DNA of 64,000 bases from Protoeuglena noctilucae (Eukaryota): the NCBI GenBank assembly GCA_958009085.1, contig OY253686.1:124001-188000 (forward strand), written 5' to 3'. Positions 48,581 to 61,178 of this stretch are shown here, one piece after another; position 1 is the first letter of the stretch; the number at the start of each line of letters is the position of its first letter. Made by a program: the position numbers and the translations under genes. The notes beneath the pieces are model-generated. The model searched no databases, was not told the DNA's origin, and was given only the letters and a program-made list of their open reading frames with translations.

Positions 48581-50936
48581 TCACAGCTCCGCCTTGTTAC
48601 CCATACCACCCCCCATCTCCTCTCCCCATCTCTCAAACACCCTCCCCTTCTCAATGCGCATGTGGGGATGGGATGTCGCCACCTCGTCCACCTCATCCAC
48701 CACCGCGCGCACCTGCGAGGCAGCCACGCCGCCCGTGTACTGCGGATGGAGTCAAATTACGAGAAGAAAGTCTTTATACAATTTACTATTTATACTTATA
48801 ATTATCGTGCATAACCCCCTCACATTCATACAAACAAACACCACCCATTCCCACCTGCAGGCTGTTAGGAAAGTGCCTCCCATCCCACACGTGCGTGCCC
48901 TGGTGGTCCAATCCCCGGTGCACGTCCGCCCACACCTTGCCGCCCAAACTGGCCCACAACTGCAGGAAAAAGACGTCCTCGCCCACCCAGCTGGGGGGAG
49001 AGGATAGGGGATGAGATTGAAATGACAATAAGTAGAAGCACACATGCCATGGAGGATGGGATGGATGGTACAAGAGAGTTGGGGATATGGAGAGTAAGGG
49101 TGAACATTTGCATGATTATAATCATATGATTGTATGCATAAGATGTAATTTTATGTACATATCCACCTGATCCTCACCGGTTGTCCCCCCTGTTGTCCTG
49201 GAAGGTGGAGAACTGGAAGAAGCGGTAGTATCGGTCGGCCCCACCGTCGCTGCGGTCCTTATAGACCACCGACAGCCTGGGTCTGCGGGGAGTGGGAGTG
49301 GGGGACAAGGCGATTTGCATATATCGATAAGTTCAGCAAAACCAGCACTGACAGCAACACATCATGGTTACGCTACTTGATATGAACGGTATGTTCATCA
49401 CCATCATCATAATGTTATCCCCCAAGGACTCACCCGTAAGCGTCTGCAATAGCCTCGAACACCGAGCGGTGGATCATCGTGAACCCCATGCCCACTTGGG
49501 GTGCCTCCACGAACCCGTGCTCGGAGGGGAGGTGGGCGGGGGCGTCCCTGGGGGTGATAAGATAGGAATATTGGAACGTTACTTGATGACCATGCTTGAT
49601 GATGAGTAACACGAGATGTGTGACTGATTAAGTGCACGCTGCTTATTAGTATAACTACTATAACTCAGCATGTAAGCAGTGCGCCATGCGTCAGCACTCA
49701 CCTGTAATAGCTGAAGTGGTTAAACACATATGTGTTGGCTGCAGATGCAAGGTCCTCAGATGGCACGCCTGCCTTGGCCGCCTCTGCCACGGCAGCCCAG
49801 TCGAAGCGCTTGTAGGGGAAGATGCCAGCCATCACGTTCTCACTGAGAGGGTGGGGTGGAGTGGGGGTGGGAGTGCGTAGGGTGGCAGTGGGGGTGGGTG
49901 TGGGGGTGGCAGTGGGGGCGGCAGTGGGGGTGGCAGCGAGGGTGGTTGCAAGGGTGAAGCACTTACTCTTAGAACTGTGGCATGCAGACGTGACCCTGGT
50001 CCCCTCTCACAAACCCCGACCACCGTGGCTGCTCACCCGAACCGCACCATTCGCTCGATCAAATACGGCGGCCACCCGGCGTCGCTGTCGATGAAGAGGA
50101 TGTAGTCCGCGAGAGGCTCATTCTGCGGCACACAGTCGCGGCACAGCGATGTGAGTTGCGGGAGCGCAGCTGCACAAAGTCGGCTTGCTTGATTTCAACC
50201 ACACCCCGCCCGCGCACCTCCAGGAAATGCTTGACGAGCATGTTGCGGTTGTGCTCGACGACGCCACTGACCTCCGTGCGCCACGTGAGCTGCGGGGGCG
50301 CAGGGGGGCGAGGAAAGTTGGAACGGCAGCTTTGCAAAGCCGCCTGCGCGCGAGGTGCGGATATTCAGGCGCGCACACCTGGATGTCGTCAGCCAAGCGG
50401 TCTTTCCAAAAGTACTGCAGCGTCTGCGGGGACGGCGGGGACGCACGGCGCTCGCTGCGGGCTGCCAACTCTCGACGCGCATGATGAAAACTCCCTGGAA
50501 GCAGCCAGGACTCGCCCGGAGCATGCTGGTGGTGTACGTGAGAGTCAAGGAAGCCTCCGATCCCACCGGCGTCGCTGCGAGGGCAAGGCGTTGCGGGAAA
50601 TTGGCGGGCGGGGAACGGCCGCGACAGTTGAGAGCCAAGGGGCCGGCGCGCCTCGCGGCCCGCGCCGATATTTAAAGCAAACCAAGCGGCGGCATGTATG
50701 CACAGCAAACAAGCGTCCACGGCACTCTGTGCGCCAATCAAAATCGCTGGCCGACCGCACGTCGCACCGATCATGATGCGCGTGACGCCGTCGCCGCCCC
50801 GGGTCTGCGCGCTGTAGCGATGCTGCGCGGCAACCGGCGTCCAGCAACCCAGGAGCATGAACAGCGCGAGGGCGGCCCACATCGCTACCGCGAACGCCGG
50901 CAAGCGCTGCGGGTGGCATTGAACTGCACGCCCCAT
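48581..50936 (-). CDS. GT-A/GT2-like glycosyltransferase with signal peptide, multi-exon
   Basis: HNRNMLVKHFL, YILFIDSD, VGMGFTMIHRSVFE, GEDVFF..W..LGGKVWAD..LDHQG; ends KAEL. Confidence 0.7.
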
Positions 50937-51132
50937 CCTGCAGCCTCTCCTAGCGGCCGCCGCCGCCCCTGCCATTCCCCGGCGAGTAAGTGTGGGTCAT
51001 ACTTTGACGCCAATATCTCGCTGCATTGGTTTCAAAGCGCAGAGGCACGCCAGAGTACACGCGTCACTTTCAACTCCAACATGCACCCGCCAAACACGCT
51101 TCCCCAAGGCACCATGCGCCCAACGCTGCGCC

Positions 51133-53838
51133 TCAGTAGCCCTCGTAGGAGACGCTGAAGTTGCTCTCGTCGTAGAGCGGCAGCCACCGGCGCAGGATGG
51201 CCGCGGTGACCTCATGCGGCGCAGGCCCAAAGGCCATCGAGTAGCCGTAGATGCTCACGGCGCCGCTGCGGGCACGCGAAATCGCAATGTCGAAATGCAC
51301 AAAGACTCGCGCCGCCTCCCGCGGGCCTCGCGGGGCCAGCTGCACCTCACCCGAGCGCAGGCACAGCCGAATCTGCGTAGTGCTCGATGCGCCCGCCTCC
51401 CAGCACCCTGCACTCCAGTCCGTGTATGGACGCTCCCGAAACCAATTTGTCCAAGACGTGCGCGTGGTAGGCCGCTCCGATGTGCCCCCTGACCACCAGC
51501 TTGCTGCGCCCGCTGCCCTTCTCCGACACACGTGCGAGGATATACTTGAACGCCCCGCCTTCGGAAATCTCCACGTCTGCGATCGCGTCTCCCGCCCACG
51601 CCGCCCGCGCTCGCTCCTCGAGCCACCGCTCTACAAGGTGCCTGGCCAGCGCCTCGCGCCCCGGCATCCCAAATGCCCCTACACCCGACCCACCGCGCCC
51701 GCCCCGCAGCGCGCGTGCCAGAAAGTCCGCGTGAAACCACCTCGCGTCCTCCAACTCTTCCACATCCACGCGCGGACGGGGAGGTGCAGGGCAGCCCAGG
51801 TACTCCCGCAGCTCCGCCTGCGTTGGCAAGGCGGAGTGGCGGTGTCGGTGTCTATCGTGGGGTTGTCTGTTGTGTGTCTGTGTGAACGACATTTAACCAC
51901 AGAGAGTTTGTTGTGCGGGGCAACGGTGACAACCTCACCTCCGTGATCCCCACGGCCCCAGCTGCCGCCCGCCCCTCCTCGCTCAGCCCCTCCCACGCCA
52001 GGGCCCCCCCGCCCTCAGCCCCACCCATCGCGCCATCCCCATCCTTATCAACACGTAAGTTCGTCCCCTTCTTAGCTCCCTTCGTATCTGCTAAGTCTGC
52101 TACATCCATGGTTCTCGTATTTGTAGTGCTATCAATCGCCTCGGCATGGAATCCGACCATGAGGCTCCGGGGCATGGGCCATGGCTGGCTGGCCACGAAC
52201 CGCACCGACGATCGCTGCACACGCACCCCCGCCTCCTCCGCCACCTCCCTGGGGGCGTGATGGGGGGAGTGTGATTGTAAATGATGGTGCATCGACCCAA
52301 GTCATCGCCAAGCCTTTCATCACATCTTAGTGGCAAGTATATACTTCATCAACGATGCTTCATCTCATGTCACCCCTGTCCCCTTCTCACCTGACCACGG
52401 CGTCTTCCAACGCTTCTCCCATCTCCGTGAACCCCGCCAGGCACGAGTACCGCCCCTGCTTCCACGCGGCCTTGCGACCCAGCAGCACCCAGGGACCGCA
52501 CGACACAGAGGCGATCACGGCGGGGTCCACCTGAGGGGGGGGGCAGCGCATGTGGAATGGGTATGACTGTGACTGGATACGAGCATGGCGATTAGAGTGT
52601 GGTTCAGCTGAGTGAGATAAAGACTCTCGCAGTTGGCAGAAATTGCCCAGTACTGCCCACTTCATGCCCATCCCTGACCCTCACTTCTTCATACCCTCAC
52701 CTGTGGGTAGTACTGCTGTCGGCACGAGGGGCACGTCAGCCGCAGTCCGCCCTTAGACACCGACAGGTCGCCCGACCCACACGAGGCACAGAAGCGGGTG
52801 CTGTGGGGGGGGATGGGATGAGTGTGATGGGGGAGAGTGGGTGGAGGGCATGAGAGTGGGAAGAGGCGGGTGCTGCGAGGTAATGGGGGCAAGTGGGAGG
52901 GCGCGAGATTGGCAAGAGGCGGGTGCTCCCGGGAGTGGCATTGATAGACATCACATCCCAGCATCTGATGTTTGCATTCGAACTCACCGGCGGTGCCAGG
53001 ACAGCAGCCCGTTGGCGCGTGCGACCATGGCCGCGTCATCGGCACTCATCGCACCGCCCGCCGTGCGAACGTCCAGCCAAGCCACGCCATCCACTGAAGC
53101 AGCCGCACGGCTTGTAGATGAAGGTGACGACTGCTGCCCGGTCCCCTCGTTAGCGCCACCGCCCGCACCAGCGCCCCCCTCACTCTTCCCGCCAGTGCTC
53201 GCAGCGGCATCGCCACTTGCTGTTGCGCCCCCACCGTCCGGTGTGTCCATGGCAAAGACCGGGGCGTTCCCTGAGGCCGTGTCGCGACCCAGGAACACCA
53301 GGCGGGACGTGGTCATGGGCTGCGCGGGGAGACGGGGTTAACCATTGAAGTGAGTGCAGTGGAAGCGAGAGACAGCGTAGGGGGCAGCAATGTGTTTGGT
53401 GACCATGGGCTGCCCACCTCAAGCGGCGAGAGGACGGGGGTGAGGACCGAGTCGGGTGACTGCTTTACGAAGGCGAAATGACCTCCGGCGCCGCGATCGG
53501 AGGGACGGCGGAGCAGCACACGCGCGTCTGGGTGCGCCTGGGAGGGGAAGGGCGCTGCGATGTTCGCAGCGACGATGGCGATAAACAGAAGGAATAACAA
53601 GGTCAGCATGTATCGCGGAGAAAAGCCGCAGGGGATGCGGAGTTGCGCAGCGAAGGGCCGCAAAAGGGTGAACCATCGCGCACCCGCAGCGCCTCCACCG
53701 CGGCGTCGCTCCTCTCGTCCTCGGCCCAATCGAGACGGTCCCCCGTATACCAGATGCGTGTGCCTGCATCAGCAGTGCTCGCGCGCTCGGCGCTCGCGGA
53801 GGCCGCCTCGACGCGAGCGCTCGACATCGCCCGGACAA
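51133..53838 (-). CDS. NudC-type NADH pyrophosphatase fused to a C-terminal Janus/Ocnus (PHPT1) domain; start uncertain
   Basis: [78 protein letters not shown]. Confidence 0.9.
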
Positions 53839-54588
53839 TCAGCGAGGGCGCCTTCGCCGGCGAGTCGATGGGATCGATTGCCAAATGAGGAATGATTGTT
53901 CCTGGCCAGGGACGGCCCGGCGACTGCTGGATGGAGCGAGGCGCGGAGAGGAGGCGATGCAACGATGCACATGGTCGGGGACGCGGGCCCGCCATCGCGC
54001 GAGCTGATGGGGCCGCGGCGGTGACCACGCCGTATACACGTACAAAAAAAGTGAGTGGTGTTGCCAACCAATGGGCAGGAGGACGACCGCGGACGCGTCA
54101 GACAGCTGGCGAGCACCGACAGCGACGTGCCAGCGGTCTGCAGCGCCTTGATTAAGCAGCAGCGGCATTGTTGTTAACAGCCAATTGCCGCACGCCTACA
54201 CGTGCAACGACCTTTGCTTGCCGAGCCGACGCGCGATCGCTGACGGCCCTGCAGCGCCCACCGCACACGTGTAACAGGCGAGCTGCCCGCTGCGTGGCTC
54301 TCCGCGCCGTTCGTCCACGCAGCGCGCACCGCATATCTCCTCTCGTATCAGCCGGCTTGCGAGCCCCGCGCGATCGCAGCTGTTGCGGCGGGGCCAGGCT
54401 TTTCACGCGGCCACATTCGCGCCCCGCGATCTCGCGCACGGACACTCGAGCCGGCCCTTCGCTGTCGTATACTGTCGTTTTTCTTACAGCACAAGCCCCT
54501 GATTGCGTCATCTCGTCTCCCACAGGCCTCGAGACACGCAGCGGACGAACCCAGCGCTGCCGCGCCGCATTCGCGACCTCTCCCCGCC

Positions 54589-56932
54589 ATGCCGGCCACC
54601 AGCGCCCTGGCCCGGCCATCGGCCTTCGCGTACACCGTCTCCGCCGCGAGCCGCGCCGCAAAGCAGGCGAATCGCCGCGTTGTGCCCCCGCTCTCACGCC
54701 CTTGTTGCCATGCCGTGTATCTCCCGCGCCCTCTCTTCGCTCACGGCCCCCGCCCTCCCCTTTTCCTCCCGCAGGCTTTCTATCTCCTGTCGAGCACGTG
54801 GGGCGTCTCTCTGATGGTGGCCCTGCTCCTCGTCCTCGGTAAGCCGGCTTTGCAACCTTACCATGGGTTATGCTCTTTCCCATACATCCACCCAGGCCCT
54901 GCCATGCATGGTATCACTAATGCGCGATACACCTCACGCGCTGTTGCCCTCCAATTACACCTGACCCGTGTTCATAAGACACCCCTCCCCACCCACTCTC
55001 CCTCACCCCCCACCCACTCCCCACTCACCCACCTCCCCCCCAGGCTTTTCCTGGGCTAGTTACCTCGCCCACCAGCTGTACCTGGACCTCCTGTGCTCGC
55101 GTGGCCAGGATTTGAAAAAGAAATACAAGGCGCAGTGGGCGCTGGTGACGGGGGCGTCATCCGGTATCGGGAAGGCCCTGGCCTGGGAGTGCGCCAGGCA
55201 GGGGCTGAACGTGGTTATGGTGGCGCTGCCGGACAAGATGTTTGATGCGGTGAGGTGGGGGGTGGGGCGGGTGGGTGGGGTGGTTGATGGGGGGAGTGGG
55301 AGTGGGGGCGGGTGGGTGGTTGATGGGGGTGGTTGTAGCGGGATGCGTGGGGTGGGGAGCGGGAGTGGTCAACGTTTCAATACCCTTCCTTGCCCACTTA
55401 CTCCCCCTCTCTCTCACACCCACCATTCTCACCCACACACACCCTCCCATCCCCCCCAGACGTTCCGCGACATCCAGTCCGCCTTCCCCTCCCTCTCCTT
55501 CCGCAAAGTGCCCGTGAACCTGGGCAAGCACGGCGACTACATGCCGGCGATTGCTGACGCGACCGATGACATCGATGTGCAAGTGGTGTTCAACAACGCG
55601 GGGTACATGAAGTGGGGGTTCTTCGTCAAGACGGCCGTGGGGGACCAGATGGCGAACCTGGAGGTGAGTGGGAGTGTATTTATGATGAATAATGAACACG
55701 AAATGGGCTGTTGTTCCTCATCCCCATCCCACACTATCCACTCTCTCCCCCCAACGCAACACCACTCATTGTAACTAACCCCCCCCCCCCATTCTCTCCC
55801 CCCCAGTGCAACACCACCTCCGCCGTGTGCATCACCCACCACTTCGTCACACGCATGGTCAGCAAGGGGCTGCCGGGATGCGTGGTGTTCACCAGCTCCG
55901 CCGCCGCCGCCATCCCGTCCCCCTTCAGGTGAGAGGGGAGATGAGGAGCCTGTTGCGTTAAGGCATTTCGAAGTAGTATATAATACATCAAGTCACTGAT
56001 CTCTCATCCCTGTCACCCGTCCCCCTTCAGTGTCCTCTACGCCTCCACCAAGTCCTTCCTCTCCTCACACTCACAGTCACCGTCAGTCACTGTTCATATT
56101 CAAATGCTCTCCCCATCTCCCATCTCAGTGTCCTCTACGCCTCCACCAAGTCCTTCCTCTCCTCCTTCGGCGCATCCCTGGCCGCCGAGGTGAAGAGCAA
56201 GGGCGTCGACGTGTTAGTAATCCACCCCTCCCCCGTCGCCACGCGGTTCTACGACGCGGCCAAGCACGGCACGAGCATGGTCGACTTCTTCGCCCAGTTC
56301 GCCGTGCAGGCCGACGCGCTGCCCGCCTACGTGTTCGGGGCCGTGGTGAGTGGCGTTTGCATATGTGAGAGGGTGATCTTGTGGTGAATGGTAGAGTTAG
56401 CCGCACTGCCCGCGTGCGTGTTCGGGGGCGTGGTGAGGGGTGTGTGTGTTACCAATGGATGGCATGGATGGTACTTAAATGGGGAGTATGAGTGACTGGT
56501 GAGTGGCTGGTGAGACGTGGCGCTGCCCGTCTGCGTGTCTGGGCTGTGGCTGTGGTGAGGCATGCGATGCCACCCGTCCCCTGCCCCACTCCGATGGGCA
56601 CCATCCCAACCCCATGTCATTCCTACTACCCTCCATTACCCCTCACCTGTCTTCGTACCACCCCCCCCCCCCCCCCCCCCCAGGGCCGCACCGTCTGGCG
56701 CGACGTGGGCCTGACCGCCATCTGCTTCCGGCTGATGGCCAAGTTCCTCGATTACAACTTCCTCGCCACCGTCACGGCATCCACCGCGCACACCATGGGG
56801 GACTACCGGGCATTGGAGGCAGCAGGTACACCCGCACCCACGCCCGCACCCACGCCCGCCACCACCCCCCGTGCCACATCGCCAACGGTGTCGCCTAGGA
56901 GGGGGCGGGGGGGCAGCCGGGCCAGGAAATGA
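54589..56932 (+). CDS. Short-chain dehydrogenase, very-long-chain 3-oxoacyl-CoA reductase/HSD17B12-like, multi-exon
   Basis: WALVTGASSGIGKALA, FNNAG, TSS, YASTK. Confidence 0.88.
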
Positions 56933-57284
56933 AGTGAAACATATTGAGGAGCAGGGGTTTCCATTTTCAAATGGAATGGTGGAGAGTTGGGTGGGCGAAG
57001 TGGAGGGTGAAACGGGAAGCGGGGCGACGTGCTTTGTGTCGCTGCCAAGCGTTTCAGTTGGGTTACCCATGTATCGAGTTCGTCATCAAGTTCGCCGCTT
57101 GCGATTGAATCCATTGCTGACTAGATTCGGGTTCAAATCTCCCGAATGCCGGGCTGTGACATGTGCACCACTCACTCGCTCTCTCTCGCAACCCCCTCTG
57201 ATACCCCTTCTGTCCCTTCAAATCCCCTTACCCATCTACCCCTGCCCCTTTCAACTCCCCCCGTGTGTGAATGTCCCCCAAACC

Positions 57285-60200
57285 CTACTCCGCCCTCTGC
57301 AGTGCCGCCAGCAGTGGCGCCATATCCAATGCCCCATCCACCAGCACCACCAACGCGCGACACACGGGGCCCGCCAGGTCGGCGAATGCCAGCGCCTCGT
57401 CAATCAACGCGTCGCTGTGAGCCTCCAACGCAGCCGCAATCCCATCCGCACCCCCGCTGCCACCCCCACTGCCACCACCCGCACTGCCACCACCACCCGC
57501 ACCCCCACTGCCACCCGCACTGCCACTACCCCCACTGCTACCCCCACCCGCGCTCGCATTCATCATGGCTCGTATTTGGCGGGCGATGGGGGGCGGCACC
57601 GCCTCCATCCCCGCGGCCGCCCACCGCCCCAGCATCGCACACAGCGATCCGTAAGCCTCAAGCGGCACGATCGCCCGCCCCGCGAGCACCTGCAGCCCCG
57701 CCCCCTCCGCCACCCACCCCACCGTGCCCCACACCCGGTCGCCCGGCCTGCCCCCCACCCCGCCCGCCACCCCCGTCCCTCTGCTCTCCCCATCACCTCC
57801 CAACTCCACATTCCCAAACTCCACGTATTTGTTCTCGTCCAAAAGCGCCCGGCATTGCTCGACTGGGAACCAAGCGCAAGTGGCGGGGCAAAGGAGGTCG
57901 GATGGCGCGTATTGCGCCTTGTAGCTCATCTTGGGGCACGAGTGGATGTAGTAGCCCATGTAGTAGTATTGGAGGTCCCATGGTTTATGGATGTCGGTGG
58001 TTGGCATGTGGTCGAGGACCCACTGGATCTCGAAGAGCGCTCCCACGCGTCCCAGGGCCAGATGGCGCATGTCGGGGTCATAGAAGAAGTACTTGCTGCG
58101 GGGTGACAGGGGCAGGGAGGGTACTAATTATAAAAGAATCTTGGTCTTAGAAGAAGTACTGGCTGCGTGATGTAGGGGGCACACAGGGAGGGAGCTGAGG
58201 GCCGTTGTGTGGTAAGTGTGCAAGAGAGAGAAGGGTGGGGCAGTGCGGGCGTGTGTGGGCCAGCATGAGTGCATAATTCGACCCACATCTACATCCACCT
58301 CTCATGCCACGACTCGCTCACCTGGACAGGCACCTCGGCAAGACGTCCACGACACCCACAGCAATGAGGCGACCATGCAGTCGGTATTGCATGTGGAAAG
58401 CACCGAAGCCCAATGGTGGGGGCCTTGGTGCTGCATGTAGCATGGCGGTGGGTGACGCGGCTTGTGGTGGGGCGGTGGGTGAGGTGGCGGGTGGCGGTGC
58501 GGTGGGCGATGTGACGTGTGGCACAGCGGTGGGTGAGGCTGGGGTAGACTCGGACGGTGCCGGCGACGGGTGTGGCATGGGCGTGGATACCAGGAAACTC
58601 GAGTACCGCGCGGGGGTCAGGTCTGCGGGGTCGTCCCCATGCACGGCGACTTGGTACCTGCGACCCATAGTATTTAAGAGATGGGATTGATATGAACAGG
58701 CGTTATGATCAACTGGTCACATGGTCATGGGGTCTGACATGTAATTTTAGGGGGAGCAGAAGCAGGGATGGTGAGATGGCGTGGCGAACGTGGCTGGTGG
58801 ATCGACCACCATGTCTAATGAGATGACGTGCAGTTACTTGTCAACTATTTAAAACACTCATATCCTCATCTCGCCTGCAGTAGAGCTCGTACTCCTCCTG
58901 GTCGAAAGCACTGGGCCTCGTCACCACCTCAAACGCAGGAGGGCTCCCTTCCCCGCCGCCCACCGGACCCGCAAACACGCTCCGCCACCCATGCCACCCG
59001 CCCTGCCCGGGACACCCCGCCCCATCCCCCACCGCACCCGGCGGACCAAACGGCCCCGCCCAGCCATCCTCCAGCACCACCATCGCCCCGTCACGCACTG
59101 CCACCCACGCCCGACGCCCCGCTGCCATGCCACGCACACCCTCGCCATTCTCCCCTGCACCCAGCGACTCTGCACCCCCACCACTGCCGCTTCGCTTCTT
59201 CTTGCCCCCAAAGCTACCCCCCTTGTGCCTGTCCCCACCGCCACCCCCGCTCCCGTTCCCCCCACCACCACCGCTCCCGCCGCCGCCCTCGTCCCCCACC
59301 CCTCCTCCATTCGAGTCAACGTCCATCGACGCACCCACACTCGGTCGCCGTGAACCTCCCATTCCCGCACCCGCTCCCACCCCTGCCCCAGCCCCCGCCC
59401 CACCCTCGCACTTCGGCTGGGTTTGCCCCACCCTCACCACCACCAGCGCCCGCCTCAGCGTCGCAGAGTGGAAGTTGACGAACCCCGCGGCACTCGACAC
59501 GCCCGTCACTTGCGCCGCGGTCAGGGCTGACGTCAGTTGCGGGGAGTCAAGAGTCATATTGGAGAGGGTCGCTGGGGCAGACGGCGTGTCTTCGATGCCC
59601 AGGGCAGCGTGGAGGGACTTTGCGAGGGCGTCCGCGATGGCGTGGGCGCGCTGTGGTACGGACAGGCCTGGGGCCGGCGACTGCGGGGGTGGGGTGGTTC
59701 CAGTGAGGGTGCTGATGGGGTGCTGAGAGCAGACAGTGGGGTGCGGCGTGCGCACGCTGCCAGCGTGCTGCAGCGTTGCGCAGCACGTCTTGCGCTCTCT
59801 CTCGCTCCCCACTCGCCTTCTTGGCGATTGCGAATGCCGCCGCGCTGCTCGCAGCCACGTCGTCTGCCAATCGACTCTTCGCTGCCCCGGTCACGGGCGA
59901 CACCTGGATGGCCACCCCATCCGCACGCACGCCATCCATCCCGGCCACGCACGCCCGCACCAGCGCCGCCAGCGCCTCCAGCGACGCCCCCGCTGCCCCG
60001 CTCTGCCCAGCACTGTCCCCGGCACAGCCTCTGGTGATTGAGCCACTCGCGCCACCCCTGTCGCCCCTGCCACCCCCATTGCCAGCCCCCAGCCCCGCGC
60101 CCTGCGCCTCTCCGTTCACGGCACGGGCGAATCGCCGCAGTAAGCGGCGGTGCTCTTTGGTGGGCCGGAAGGACGGGGCGTGCAGGCGGATGGTGTACTG

Positions 60201-60552
60201 GGGGCAGCAGCTGCGGGACAGGTCTGGACGGTAGATGACGCGGCCGGAGCGCCGCCAGCCGCGGTCCAAGAGAGCCTGGTACTGCGGGCAGCGCCGGGGA
60301 TGGAACGGTGAAGGGAGCGTGGCTGCGGTCGGAAGAAAGCATGTGCCCTGAGCATCGATGGCTGGAGCGACTCGCCTGGTGCGCAGAAAGCCTCTCGGCC
60401 ACGGCGGCCGTCGACACGCTCCCCGAGGCACTGTCGCAGTAGCCGCAGCGGTTGGCGTCCGTCCCCAACAGGCGCACCAGCCCTCGACCGCCCTGGGTCC
60501 ACGGCCCGTCGCGGAACCGCCCTTCCCCGCCGTCCGGGACCTCCGCTTCCAT
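57285..60552 (-). CDS. ATE1: Arginyl-tRNA--protein transferase, multi-exon
   Basis: CGYC, LDRGWRRSG, CCPQYTIRL, YQVAVHGD, IAVGVVDVLPRCLSSKY, YYYMGYYIHSCPKMSYK. Confidence 0.96.
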
Positions 60553-60599
60553 TGCGGTTCAGTTTTTGCTCGAAGATAGCGCGAGCTCTGCGGCGGCGG

Positions 60600-61178
60600 G
60601 GCGCGGGCGACGCGCCATCTCTGCGACTTGCACACAGGTGCGTGCGCCCTCCCGCTGCGCCGATTCCATGCGACGACGCACCCGCGCGGGCGATCTCCGC
60701 CTCCACCTCCTCTGTCTCTTTGAGCAACGCGAGCTTCCGCCGCTGAAGGTCCTCGAATTCCCCGGGCTGCGGGACCCACGTCACGAGGCCTTGTCGGGAA
60801 AGCTCGCGCTGGCTGGCCCCTCGCGCCGCCCACACCTGCCCCACCTGCGCCTCTTGGACGACCGCCTGCCTGCGGAGAACCGCGACGCCCCGGCAGACCT
60901 GCTCGGCTGCTCGGACGATCCCCTCGGTATGAAGCGTGAGCTTGGTGGCAGCCACGTCCGACGCCAGCAGCAGCGTGGGATCGACGGGGTCGGGCTTGAT
61001 GGATCCTGCGCCCGGAACAGCGACGCGGGGCAGATGCTATCGAAGGATAGCCCAGGGAGGGAAGCATCGGGAAGGGACACGCGCAGCGCCTGCCTGCGGT
61101 CGCGATTAGCCGCGCGATTTCGCTGGCCATCGAGCGGAGCCCTGCTGATATCTCCTCGAGCACAGCCAAGCGGTCCAT
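60600..61178 (-). CDS. Small coiled-coil protein, possibly Mediator subunit Med22-like
   Basis: LHTEGIVRAAEQVCRGVAVLRRQAVV resembles the Med22 IVRAxE helix; boundaries approximate. Confidence 0.4.
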
